Assembly (NCBI GenBank): GCA_964643325.1
Contig: CAZXSE010000007.1
Span: 1 to 60,137, forward strand
Length of the DNA: 60,137 bases
Direction of reading: 5' to 3'
Source: an uncultured Planctomycetales bacterium
GTDB lineage: Bacteria; Omnitrophota; Gorgyraeia; Zapsychrales; Fredricksoniimonadaceae
Shown: positions 16,953 through 25,671 of the stretch, piece by piece
Position numbering within the stretch: position 1 is the first letter of the stretch
Layout of the letters: each line of letters starts with the position of its first letter
Notes under the pieces: model-generated
What the model was told of the DNA's origin: nothing
Database searches by the model: none
Seen by the model: only the letters and a program-made list of their open reading frames with translations
Position numbers and translations under genes: made by a program

Positions 16953-18893
16953 CTAAACTTCGCGCTCCGCAAGCGCCTGCAATTCTTCCCAGCGCTTGTA
17001 CGCCTCCAGGATCGCAAAGCCCAGCTCCTGGGACCGGGCATTGACGCGCGCGATCTCCTGCGGTTCTTTCTTGTAAAGCTCCAGGCTTCCCAACATGGCG
17101 CATAATGCCGCCTGCTCTGCTTCCAGCTTCTCGATCTTTCTCGGCAAATTCTCCAGTTCGCGCCCGTCCTTGAATGACAACTTGGCGCCCGTGCGCGGCC
17201 TCTCAGGCTTTACGACTTTCACTTCTTGCAGTATTTCGTTCTTCAAAGGCGTTGCGGAACTCTGCGCCCCCTGCGCTCGCTGCGCGCACTGCGCTCGCTG
17301 CGCGCACTGCGTGCGCCAATCATCGTACCCGCCGGGATATTCATTCACCTCGCCGTCGCCTTCGAGGACGATCGTGGAAGTGACCACATTGTTCAGAAAT
17401 GAGCGGTCATGGCTGACCAGAATGAGCGTGCCCTCGTAAGCCACCAACAACTGCTCCAAAAGTTCCAGGGTCTCCATGTCCAGGTCGTTCGTCGGCTCGT
17501 CCATGACCAGCAAATTGGAAGCTTGCGTAAAAAGCCGCGCCAACAGCAGACGGTTGCGTTCCCCGCCGGAAAGAACATGCACCGGCGTGCGCGCCCGGTC
17601 CGGCGAAAAAAGAAAATCCTGAAGATAGCCGATAATGTGCCGCGGCTTGCCATTGACCATTACGGTCTCGCTCTGGCCGCAGACATTCTCCATCACGGTC
17701 TTGGTATCATCAAGCGCTTCACGCATCTGATCAAAATATGTCACTTGAAGTTCTGTGCCGAAACGAACCGTGCCTTTGGTGGGGGCCTGCTTGCCCAACA
17801 AAATGCGCAGCAAGGTACTTTTACCGGAACCATTGGCGCCGATCACGCCGATCTTATCCCCCCGCATGATATTCGTCGAAAAATCACGGATCAGGCACTT
17901 GTCCCCGTAAGACTGCCCCAGGCGCGATACCTTCATGACCAGATGGCCCGAAAGGCCGGCTTCCTGAAGCTTGAACTTCGCCTGCCCCTCGCGCTGGCGC
18001 CGCGCGCGCCTTTCGATGCGCATGGATTCAAGCGCCTTCACGCGCCCTTCATTGCGGCAGCGGCGCGCCTCGACCCCGCGCCTGATCCACACTTCCTCTT
18101 CCTCCAGTTTCTTGTCAAAACGCTCCTGACTCGACGCTTCCATGCGCAAAGCCATCTCCTTGCGCTCAAGGAACGTGGTGTAATCACAACTCCAGCTCAT
18201 GATCTGGCCGCGCTCCAGCTCGACGATCCTGGTCGCCACATGCTCCATGAACATCCGATCATGCGTCACAAAAAAGACCGTTCCCTGATATGCTTTCAAA
18301 AGCCCTTCAAGCCAGTCAATAGCGTCAATATCCAGATGATTCGTGGGCTCATCCAATAAAAGGACATCGGGCTTCGCGACCAGCGCCCGCGCCAGAAGAA
18401 CGGAACGTTTCTGCCCGCCGGAAAGCAGCGCAAAATCCCTGTCAGGGTCAAGTTTCATCCGGGCGATCACAGCTTCGACCTGATGGTCCAGCTCCCAGCT
18501 GTGCGTGCGATCAAGCTCGGCCTGCACCACGTCCAACTGACGCAAAAGCTCCGGCGTTGAACCGGCCTGCAGCTGATGGCTGATGTGGTGATACCGGCTC
18601 AATAATGTCGCGCGCACGCCCAAGCCCGACGATACAATATCAAAAACATCGCCTTCCATATCACGCGGCACCTCCTGAAGCAGGTGCGCGACCGTGATCC
18701 CTTTCTGCACAATGACCTGCCCCGCGTCAACACCGCACAGGCCAGCCATTACTTTCATCAATGAGCTCTTGCCTGCGCCGTTACGCCCGAGCAGCGCAAT
18801 GCGCTCCCCCGGCTCAACCTGCAAAGAAAGCTTATCGAACAATTTGGGCCCGCCAAAAGCGAGCGATATTTCTTGAAGACTGATGAAGGACAT
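16953..18893 (-). CDS. uup: ABC-F family ATPase, Uup-like
   Basis: Two ABC domains (GRNGAGKS, LSGGQK, LLLDEPTNHLD; GANGSGKS, LSGGER); C-terminal KLSFK...LPRKIEKLE coiled coil. Confidence 0.9.
   Translation of the reverse strand: MSFISLQEISLAFGGPKLFDKLSLQVEPGERIALLGRNGAGKSSLMKVMAGLCGVDAGQVIVQKGITVAHLLQEVPRDMEGDVFDIVSSGLGVRATLLSRYHHISHQLQAGSTPELLRQLDVVQAELDRTHSWELDHQVEAVIARMKLDPDRDFALLSGGQKRSVLLARALVAKPDVLLLDEPTNHLDIDAIDWLEGLLKAYQGTVFFVTHDRMFMEHVATRIVELERGQIMSWSCDYTTFLERKEMALRMEASSQERFDKKLEEEEVWIRRGVEARRCRNEGRVKALESMRIERRARRQREGQAKFKLQEAGLSGHLVMKVSRLGQSYGDKCLIRDFSTNIMRGDKIGVIGANGSGKSTLLRILLGKQAPTKGTVRFGTELQVTYFDQMREALDDTKTVMENVCGQSETVMVNGKPRHIIGYLQDFLFSPDRARTPVHVLSGGERNRLLLARLFTQASNLLVMDEPTNDLDMETLELLEQLLVAYEGTLILVSHDRSFLNNVVTSTIVLEGDGEVNEYPGGYDDWRTQCAQRAQCAQRAQGAQSSATPLKNEILQEVKVVKPERPRTGAKLSFKDGRELENLPRKIEKLEAEQAALCAMLGSLELYKKEPQEIARVNARSQELGFAILEAYKRWEELQALAEREV
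17262..17311. repeat. Short tandem repeat (9-bp unit CTGCGCnnn, exact 18-bp duplication) in the Uup linker
   Basis: ctgcgctcgctgcgcgca x2 at 17271-17306; encodes QCAQRAQCAQRAQGAQ. Confidence 0.85.
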
Positions 18894-18902
18894 GATTTCC
18901 CG

Positions 18903-19133
18903 TCAATAATTGAAGAGATCTTGCATCACGAAGGGCTTCTCTGGGAATGCACGCTGGAACGCGTGAAGGACCTTCATTTGCACATTGGCACTAACGCGAC
19001 GGCCTTTACGGGATTTCTGGACCATCTTAAAAGTCAATTGCTCGGTGGAAGCTTTTACAAGGTCGGCATTGGAAATGCCTGATGCTGTCATCAGCGCGTC
19101 GATCGGCTGCGATCCGAGGAATAATTCCGTCAT
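18903..19133 (-). CDS. Small hypothetical protein, possibly HTH-like
   Basis: Start ATG 19133 coupled to the upstream stop; QPIDALM...NADLVKASTEQLTFKMVQKSRKGRRVS. Confidence 0.7.
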   Translation of the reverse strand: MTELFLGSQPIDALMTASGISNADLVKASTEQLTFKMVQKSRKGRRVSANVQMKVLHAFQRAFPEKPFVMQDLFNY

Positions 19134-20071
19134 AACCTGGCCAGCACCGCGGTCAAACAACTCTCGGCCATGAACCCGCTGCCTTCAAAATCAACGTCCT
19201 GACCCAGGCATTGCACGTCTTTAAGGGCGCGCTTGTGTGCCGCGCCTTTGATGATATTCTGCAAATGTGAATGAAGCATTTCACTGAAATTCGTTGCCAC
19301 GAACAGGATCCCGTCGGGATTAAGCACTTTAATGGCCATCTCCATGACACGCGGCAGGTCTTTCTTGACGCTGAATATCCTGCCCTCATAACGGGCAAAG
19401 GACGGCGGGTCGAGGATGATCATATCAAAACGATTGTCTTTCTTAACAGCGCGCTCCAGATACTCAACAGCATCCGCGCGAATGAACTCGTTCTTCTCGG
19501 CAACAATGCCGTTAAGCTCATAATTCGCCCGGCCGCGCTCCAGGCTCTTGCGGCTGACATCAACATTCACCACCTGTATCGCGCCTGCCTTGCGGCAATG
19601 GACGCCGAACGAACATGTATAAGAGAAAAGATTCAGGACCTTACGTCCGGCGCTTTGGCCTGCCGCCAGATGACGGTTCGCGCGCATATCCAGAAAAAGC
19701 CCGGTATTGAGCGTGTCGTTCATGTCCACGCCAAAACGCAGCCCATGCTCCTCGACCACCGTCGAAGATGCCCCATCGATCCACACATGAAAACGCATGT
19801 TATCAGGGCTTGCCGAGGCGGACGCCGTCCTGTCTTTGGCCACAAAATACTGCGCGCCGCGGCCCTGGACAAAATGAATAAGAGTTTCCTGCTCTGCCAG
19901 CCAGTGTTCGTCGAATATCTGGGCGCAAAAATGCGCATTGTGCTGTTCGAGGACCAGGCCGTCAAGGTCGTCGCCATAGCCGTTGACCAGGCGCACGGCA
20001 TTCGTGACCGTCAAAAGCCCCGCGCGCTTTACGGATGCCGCCTCAAGCTTTGCAAGCAGGGCGGTGTCCAT
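19130..20071 (-). CDS. Class I SAM-dependent methyltransferase (RlmI/RlmK-like)
   Basis: TGLFLDMRANR, VLNLFSYT, IILDPPSF; start ATG 20071. Confidence 0.88.
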   Translation of the reverse strand: MDTALLAKLEAASVKRAGLLTVTNAVRLVNGYGDDLDGLVLEQHNAHFCAQIFDEHWLAEQETLIHFVQGRGAQYFVAKDRTASASASPDNMRFHVWIDGASSTVVEEHGLRFGVDMNDTLNTGLFLDMRANRHLAAGQSAGRKVLNLFSYTCSFGVHCRKAGAIQVVNVDVSRKSLERGRANYELNGIVAEKNEFIRADAVEYLERAVKKDNRFDMIILDPPSFARYEGRIFSVKKDLPRVMEMAIKVLNPDGILFVATNFSEMLHSHLQNIIKGAAHKRALKDVQCLGQDVDFEGSGFMAESCLTAVLARL

Positions 20072-20072
20072 A

Positions 20073-21062
20073 TCAGACGCCGATATTGGCAAAAAGTTCT
20101 TTATTATTGGGAAATTTCGAAAGGCGGCCCACAAGGTCCTGCATGGCCTCGATGGGATTAAGGTCCGCCAGATAGCGGCGGATCATCTGGACCTTCGCGT
20201 TCTCAGCCGGGTCCAGCAAAAGCTCCTGCTTGCGTGTGCCGCTTTTAGGGATGTCGATCGCCGGAAAAATGCGACGCTGGGAAATATCGCGGGACAAATA
20301 AACCTCCATGTTGCCCGTCCCCTTGAATTCTTCAAAGATAACCTGATCCATGCGACTGCCGGTATCGACCAGGATGGTCGCAAGGATCGTGAGCGACCCG
20401 CCGTTCTCGATCTTGCGCGCGGAACCAAAGATACGACGCGGCACTTCAAGCGCCCGCGCATCCACACCGCCCGAGAGCGTACGGCCGCTGTTGCGGCTTT
20501 CGGCATTATGCACGCGCGAAAGGCGCGTGAGCGAATCGATCAAGACGACCACATTCTCCCCCGCACCGGCCTCACGGACAGCCCGGGCCATCAGGTCATT
20601 GGCAATGACCACATGATGATCATAATCCTGGTCTGACGATGAGGAATGCACCTCAGCGGTCACGCTACGCTTAAAGTCAGTCACCTCTTCGGGTCGTTCA
20701 TCGACCAGAAGGCAGTATAATTTAACCTGGGGATATGCTTTAGAGATCGCCTGACAGATATGTTTCAGAAATGTTGTTTTACCTGAACCCGGAGGCGCCA
20801 CGATAAGCCCCCTCTGGCCCATGCCGATCGGACAAATAATGTCCATGGCGCGCATGGTCAACTCGGACGATCCGTCCTCAAGCCGCATGCGTGGCGTTGG
20901 ATCAATGGGAGTGCCGGCAAAGAATTTCGCCTGGGCTTCGTCCATCACGCGACGGACAGGCTGATGCCCTCCCGCGCCGCGATGATCATGAGAGCGCGAA
21001 GGACCGTGTTGCGGCCTGCGAGGGCCGCTGGAAGACTTTTTATTGTAAGGGGTATTTCGCAT
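20073..21062 (-). CDS. rho: Short Rho-like ATPase lacking the N-terminal RNA-binding domain
   Basis: PIGMGQRGLIVAPPGSGKTT, DERPEEVTD, DSLTRL, EEFKGTGNME; only 329 aa. Confidence 0.88.
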   Translation of the reverse strand: MRNTPYNKKSSSGPRRPQHGPSRSHDHRGAGGHQPVRRVMDEAQAKFFAGTPIDPTPRMRLEDGSSELTMRAMDIICPIGMGQRGLIVAPPGSGKTTFLKHICQAISKAYPQVKLYCLLVDERPEEVTDFKRSVTAEVHSSSSDQDYDHHVVIANDLMARAVREAGAGENVVVLIDSLTRLSRVHNAESRNSGRTLSGGVDARALEVPRRIFGSARKIENGGSLTILATILVDTGSRMDQVIFEEFKGTGNMEVYLSRDISQRRIFPAIDIPKSGTRKQELLLDPAENAKVQMIRRYLADLNPIEAMQDLVGRLSKFPNNKELFANIGV

Positions 21063-21084
21063 GAAACTTTTTTAGAGGATATAC

Positions 21085-21118
21085 AAAAGCCCTCCGGTCT
21101 TACGACCGGAGGGCTTTT
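21085..21118. terminator. Intrinsic terminator after csp (bidirectional-looking)
   Basis: AAAAGCCCTCCGGTC-TTAC-GACCGGAGGGCTTTT. Confidence 0.9.
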
Positions 21119-21137
21119 CTACAGAACTTTAAAGCTA

Positions 21138-21338
21138 TTACAGCTTCACAACGTTCTTGGCTTGCTCGCCTTTGGGGCCCTGGGCGATCTCGAATTCAAC
21201 AGCCTGACCATCGGTCAGAGTCCTGTGGCCTTCGCCCTGGATCTCGCTGTGATGCACGAATACATCTTTGCCAGACTCCGGTGTAATGAAACCAAAACCC
21301 TTCTTGTCATCGAACCACTTCACTTTACCTGTAACCAT
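21138..21338 (-). CDS. cspA: Cold-shock domain protein
   Basis: GKVKWF, KGFGFI (RNP1), VFVHHS (RNP2). Confidence 0.95.
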   Translation of the reverse strand: MVTGKVKWFDDKKGFGFITPESGKDVFVHHSEIQGEGHRTLTDGQAVEFEIAQGPKGEQAKNVVKL

Positions 21339-21511
21339 GAAACTTTCTCCTTGTTATAAGATTTGAGCAGATTCTGGCGGATCAATAAAAAAACCACAGG
21401 GTTGGTGTTACTTGCCCCTGCGGTCCAAGATCACTTCACCAATCTACTCGGGCATAAGTATGCACGATGCCCCTGCATTTGTCAAATGAAATCTTTGCAG
21501 GATGCAAAATA

Positions 21512-23128
21512 TCAGGAATACAGCTCCTGGCGCAGGTTATGGACGCGTTCGTCCGCCAGATACTCGTCGAAGGTCGTGCCCACCCGGTCAATGACCCCTT
21601 TGGGCGTGATCTCGATGATGCGGTTGGCCACGGTCTGCACCAGCTGATGGTCATGCGATGAAAAAAGGATCGTTCCCTTGAAACGCTGCATGCCCTCATT
21701 GAGCGCGGTGATGGACTCAAGGTCCAAATGGTTGGTCGGCTCATCGAGGATGACCACATTGGGCTTCATGAGCATCATGCGCGACAGCATGCAACGGACC
21801 TTCTCGCCTCCCGAAAGAACATTGGCGGGCTTAAGCGACTCTTCTCCCGTAAAAAGCATCTTGCCCAGGAATCCGCGAATGAAGCTTTCCGCCTTCTCAT
21901 CCGAATACTGGCGCAGCCAGTCCACAATGCTGAGCGTTGACTGGAAGAACGCGGCATTATCCCGCGGCAGGTACGCGCGCCGGGTCGATACGCCCCACTT
22001 GAATGCGCCGCCGTCCGCCGTGGCCTCCCCTGCCAGGACCTGGAACAGAACGGTCTTGACCAGGTCATTGGGCCCGACAAAAGCCACCTTCTCGCCCTTC
22101 TGGATGGTAAAGGTCAGTTTTTCGAACATCTTCTGCCCGTCCAGGGACTTGGAAAGATGGTCCACATCCAGCAGGTCATTGCCCGCCTCGCGCTCCTGCT
22201 CAAAGTGCACGAACGGATATTTGCGCGACGAAGGCTCGATCTCGTCGATGGTCAACTTCTCGAGGATCTTCTTGCGGCTCGTGGCCTGGCGCGACTTGGA
22301 AAGGTTGGAGCTGAACCTCGCGATGAAATCCTGCAGTTCCTTGCGGCGCTCCTCGACCTTCTTATTGACATCCGCGCGCTGGCGGGCTGCCAGCTGGCTG
22401 GATTCGGACCAGAAACTGTAATTGCCTGTATAGACCTTGATCTTGCCGAAATCAATGTCCGCGATGTGCGTGCACACATTATCCAGAAAGTGCCGATCGT
22501 GCGACACGACGATAGCCGTGTTCTCAAAGCCGGAAAGAAAATCTTCCAGCCACATGCACGTTTCAACGTCCAAATGGTTCGTCGGCTCGTCGAGAAGCAG
22601 GATGTCAGGATTGCCGAAAAGCGCCTGAGCCAAAAGAACACGCACCTTGTCACCGCCCTCAAGCTGCTTCATGAGCATCCCGTGCCGCGGGGTCGGGATG
22701 CCGACATCGGTCAGGAGTTTCGCAGCGTCCGCCTCGGCGCTCCAGCCGTTCATGTCCGCGAACTCGGCCTCAAGCTCCGAAACGTGCATGCCGTCCGCGT
22801 CGGAGAAATCCGGCTTGGCATAGATCGCGTCCTTCTCCTGCATGACATCAAAAAGGCGCTTGTGCCCCATGATAACGGTCTGCAGGGCCGTTATTTCGTC
22901 ATACTTGAAATGGTCCTGCTGAAGGACGGACACGCGCTTGCCCGGCGTTACCAGAACCTCTCCCGCGGTCGAATCGATCTCGCCGGAGAGGATCTTTAAG
23001 AATGTGGATTTGCCCGAGCCATTGGCGCCGATCAGGCCGTAACAATTCCCCGGCGAGAAGACAATATTAACTTCGGAGAAAAGTTTACGCTGGCCAAACT
23101 GCAAGGTGACATTATTGACGGTGATCAT
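21512..23128 (-). CDS. ABC-F family ATPase (YbiT/YkpA-like)
   Basis: GANGSGKST, LLLDEPTNHLD, LSGGEKVRCMLS. Confidence 0.92.
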   Translation of the reverse strand: MITVNNVTLQFGQRKLFSEVNIVFSPGNCYGLIGANGSGKSTFLKILSGEIDSTAGEVLVTPGKRVSVLQQDHFKYDEITALQTVIMGHKRLFDVMQEKDAIYAKPDFSDADGMHVSELEAEFADMNGWSAEADAAKLLTDVGIPTPRHGMLMKQLEGGDKVRVLLAQALFGNPDILLLDEPTNHLDVETCMWLEDFLSGFENTAIVVSHDRHFLDNVCTHIADIDFGKIKVYTGNYSFWSESSQLAARQRADVNKKVEERRKELQDFIARFSSNLSKSRQATSRKKILEKLTIDEIEPSSRKYPFVHFEQEREAGNDLLDVDHLSKSLDGQKMFEKLTFTIQKGEKVAFVGPNDLVKTVLFQVLAGEATADGGAFKWGVSTRRAYLPRDNAAFFQSTLSIVDWLRQYSDEKAESFIRGFLGKMLFTGEESLKPANVLSGGEKVRCMLSRMMLMKPNVVILDEPTNHLDLESITALNEGMQRFKGTILFSSHDHQLVQTVANRIIEITPKGVIDRVGTTFDEYLADERVHNLRQELYS

Positions 23129-24893
23129 GCGGTCCTTTAAGATTGAATTTATTCTTCAGATGTTCTTTGCCCAACAGGCGCAGGGCCTTTGCGATCCAGG
23201 GCCCGCTCGACGGGTTTTGCGACTGAACAAGCGCGCGCTGCATGGCCCGTTCATTGTCCTTCTTCGCTACATATACCGCGGCACCCGTAAAGGGATCGCG
23301 GCCCGTATGATACATGCACGCGGCAACGGTCATGGGCAGGGGCAGGAAATCCTGGACCTGCTCGGGGCGCATGCCGCGAGACAAGAGCGTCGTCGCGCAA
23401 TCCAGGGCATCATCCAACGTTGCCCCGGGATGCGCGCTGACAAAATAATTCACCAGATATTTGCGGCTGCGGGACCCTTTATTGATCTTCTCGAACTCAT
23501 CGACAAATTCTTCATATCGACGATAAGAGGGCTTGTTCATCAACTTAAGGACGCCGTCGGATGTATGTTCCGGCGCAACTTTCATCTGGCCGCTAATATG
23601 ATGCTCGACGAGTGTTTTGAAATACGCGCGCGCTTCAGGCACAAGCAAAAGATCATAACGGATACCGCTCTGAACGAACACATGCTTAACGCCCTTCACG
23701 CGACGCAGCGTATCATACAAGGAAACCATTTTTGCGCAACCTAATTCAAGCGACGGGCACTTCGACGGCACCAGACAATGCCTCTGCGGGCAAGGCCTGC
23801 CCTCATCCCACTTGTCGCAACGCGCGCCGTAAAGATTCGCGGTCGGGCCGCCCACATCATTGATGGTCCCGTGAAAATTGATATCCTGCGTGAACCCCTG
23901 CGCTTCCCGACGCACGGAATCCTCGGTGCGGCTCTGGACAATGCGCCCCTGATGCATGGCAATACCGCAAAAACTGCATTCTCCCGGGCATCCGCGCACC
24001 GCCGTGATCGACCAGCGCACGGTCTCCAGGCCCTTGACCCCCGTCTTATAAGAAGGGTGGGCCTTGCGCGTATAAGGCAATTCATAACTGCGATCCAACT
24101 CCTGGGATGTCAGCGGCAAAGGCGGCGGCAATTGCAGCACGGCCTGGTCCGCGTGGCGCTGCCACAGCATCTTCCCGTCAGCGGGTGCCATTTGCGCATA
24201 GGCCATAACAAATGCTTTATTAAAAGCCGCGAGGTCCTTGCTCACGGTCTCGAACGACGGCAGTTCCAACGCCTCGGCCGGAGCCTCTGTGGGCTTGATG
24301 CGCACGAGCGTACCGCGCACATCCCTGATCGCCGTGATCCGCTCACCCTTAGCCAAACGAGCCATCACTTCAACAATAGGCTTCTCGCCCATGCCGTAAA
24401 CGACCATATCCGCCTTGGCATCCATCAGGATGGACCGGCGCACGGCATCATCCCAGTAATCATAATGCGCTAAACGGCGCATGCTGGCCTCGACACCACC
24501 GAGAATGACCGGGATGTCCTTGAACGCCTGCCGCACGCGATTGGCATAAACAATGGACGCCCGGTCAGGCCTAGGATGCGGCGCGCTGTCGTCCTGGCGC
24601 GTGCGCTTGTTGGCCGTATAATTCACGACCATGGAGTCCACACTGCCCGCGCTGATGCAAACGGCCAGGCGCGGTCGCCCCAGGCGCGTAAAATCATCCA
24701 CCGTATGCCAGTCAGGCTGGGCAATGATGCCCACACGATAGCCCTGTTTCTCCAGCAAGCGGCCGATCAGGGCCGTACCATAAGAAGGATGGTCCACATA
24801 CGCGTCCCCGCTGATCAACAGGATATCCAGCTGATCCCAGCCGCGGGAGCGCATTTCATCCATGAACATGGGCAAAAAGTTTGTTGTTTTCAT
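23112..24893 (-). CDS. ygiQ: YgiQ/UPF0313 radical SAM protein
   Basis: SGDAYVDHPSYG, RRLAHYDYW, RGCPGECSFC, HPG, QVQDFLPLP; start ATG 24893. Confidence 0.92.
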   Translation of the reverse strand: MKTTNFLPMFMDEMRSRGWDQLDILLISGDAYVDHPSYGTALIGRLLEKQGYRVGIIAQPDWHTVDDFTRLGRPRLAVCISAGSVDSMVVNYTANKRTRQDDSAPHPRPDRASIVYANRVRQAFKDIPVILGGVEASMRRLAHYDYWDDAVRRSILMDAKADMVVYGMGEKPIVEVMARLAKGERITAIRDVRGTLVRIKPTEAPAEALELPSFETVSKDLAAFNKAFVMAYAQMAPADGKMLWQRHADQAVLQLPPPLPLTSQELDRSYELPYTRKAHPSYKTGVKGLETVRWSITAVRGCPGECSFCGIAMHQGRIVQSRTEDSVRREAQGFTQDINFHGTINDVGGPTANLYGARCDKWDEGRPCPQRHCLVPSKCPSLELGCAKMVSLYDTLRRVKGVKHVFVQSGIRYDLLLVPEARAYFKTLVEHHISGQMKVAPEHTSDGVLKLMNKPSYRRYEEFVDEFEKINKGSRSRKYLVNYFVSAHPGATLDDALDCATTLLSRGMRPEQVQDFLPLPMTVAACMYHTGRDPFTGAAVYVAKKDNERAMQRALVQSQNPSSGPWIAKALRLLGKEHLKNKFNLKGPHDHRQ

Positions 24894-25095
24894 AACCGCC
24901 AATATAAAGATATCCAGACTTCTTTTATATATAAGATCGCATCCCGGCTTAATGAACCAGCATAGAGTATCAAACATCCGGCTTTAAATCAATCTATCCT
25001 GCGGCTTGCTATTGCCCCAAATAAGCCATAAAAGAGAAATAATTTAGATATAACTACAAGTCTATATATATCAGTGACTTACATCCCAACATTTT

Positions 25096-25125
25096 TTGGC
25101 AAAGTGGTGGTGGGCGTGTTATACT
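25096..25125 (+). promoter_or_regulatory. Putative sigma70 promoter TTGGCA-18-TATACT with extended TG
   Basis: Read directly upstream of the riboswitch. Confidence 0.55.
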
Positions 25126-25159
25126 TTCTTTGGGTTTGGTGCTCTTTAAGAAATGATCG

Positions 25160-25250
25160 AATGAAGTTGGCAAACTACTTGAAAGAGTAGGACGCAAAGC
25201 CACGAGCCTAACCTCACCTTCCGGTGAGCACGGTCGTCGGGTTGCCGTAA
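25160..25250 (+). promoter_or_regulatory. Cyclic di-GMP-I (GEMM) riboswitch
   Basis: GGCAAAC-TACTT-GAAA-GAGTAG-GACGCAAAGCCACGAGCCTAA...ACGGTCGTCGGGTTGCC matches the c-di-GMP-I consensus landmarks. Confidence 0.9.
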
Positions 25251-25329
25251 CCAGGGGTTCTCCCTCTGGCTTCGTCAATACTGCGCCCTCTCTTTAGAGA
25301 TAATGAAGCTCTAACAAGGGAGGGCGAAA

Positions 25330-25578
25330 ATGTTTAAGACAATCACAGCGGTTACAGCGGCGGTCATGATCATCTCAGGAGCAGGTGCTGCCTGGGCAGA
25401 GGCAACGAGCTTCTCCATTTCGGTGACCATCCCCCCCATGATCTTCTTTGACCAGAAGGCGCTCGCGCCGGGCCAGGCGGTCCTTGATCAGCAGGGAGAT
25501 TCCCAGAAGAATATCCAACAGCAGGCTTTGGTCAGGGACAATAAGAAAGTCCTGATGACCTCTGCAGTCGTTCTGTAA
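25330..25578 (+). CDS. Small secreted protein with a pilin-type N-terminal strand (ATSFSISVTIP)
   Basis: Signal peptide ending AWA; RBS AAGGGAGG; 82 aa. Confidence 0.75.
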   Translation: MFKTITAVTAAVMIISGAGAAWAEATSFSISVTIPPMIFFDQKALAPGQAVLDQQGDSQKNIQQQALVRDNKKVLMTSAVVL

Positions 25579-25618
25579 GCCGGCATCTTCCACCCTTGGG
25601 AAGGCGTCAGGCGTCATA

Positions 25619-25659
25619 GGCCCGGATCATCGCTAATAGAGATCCGGGCTTTCTTTTTT
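25619..25659 (+). terminator. Intrinsic terminator between convergent genes
   Basis: GGCCCGGATC...GATCCGGGCT followed by TTCTTTTTT. Confidence 0.75.
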
Positions 25660-25671
25660 CAACGGGAACTA

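Noticed and set aside
25579-25620. Possible second riboswitch or ncRNA downstream of the small secreted gene
   Set aside because: Only a small hairpin (CTTCC/GGAAG) and a GGCGTCA repeat; no recognised consensus, and it is explained as 3' UTR before the terminator
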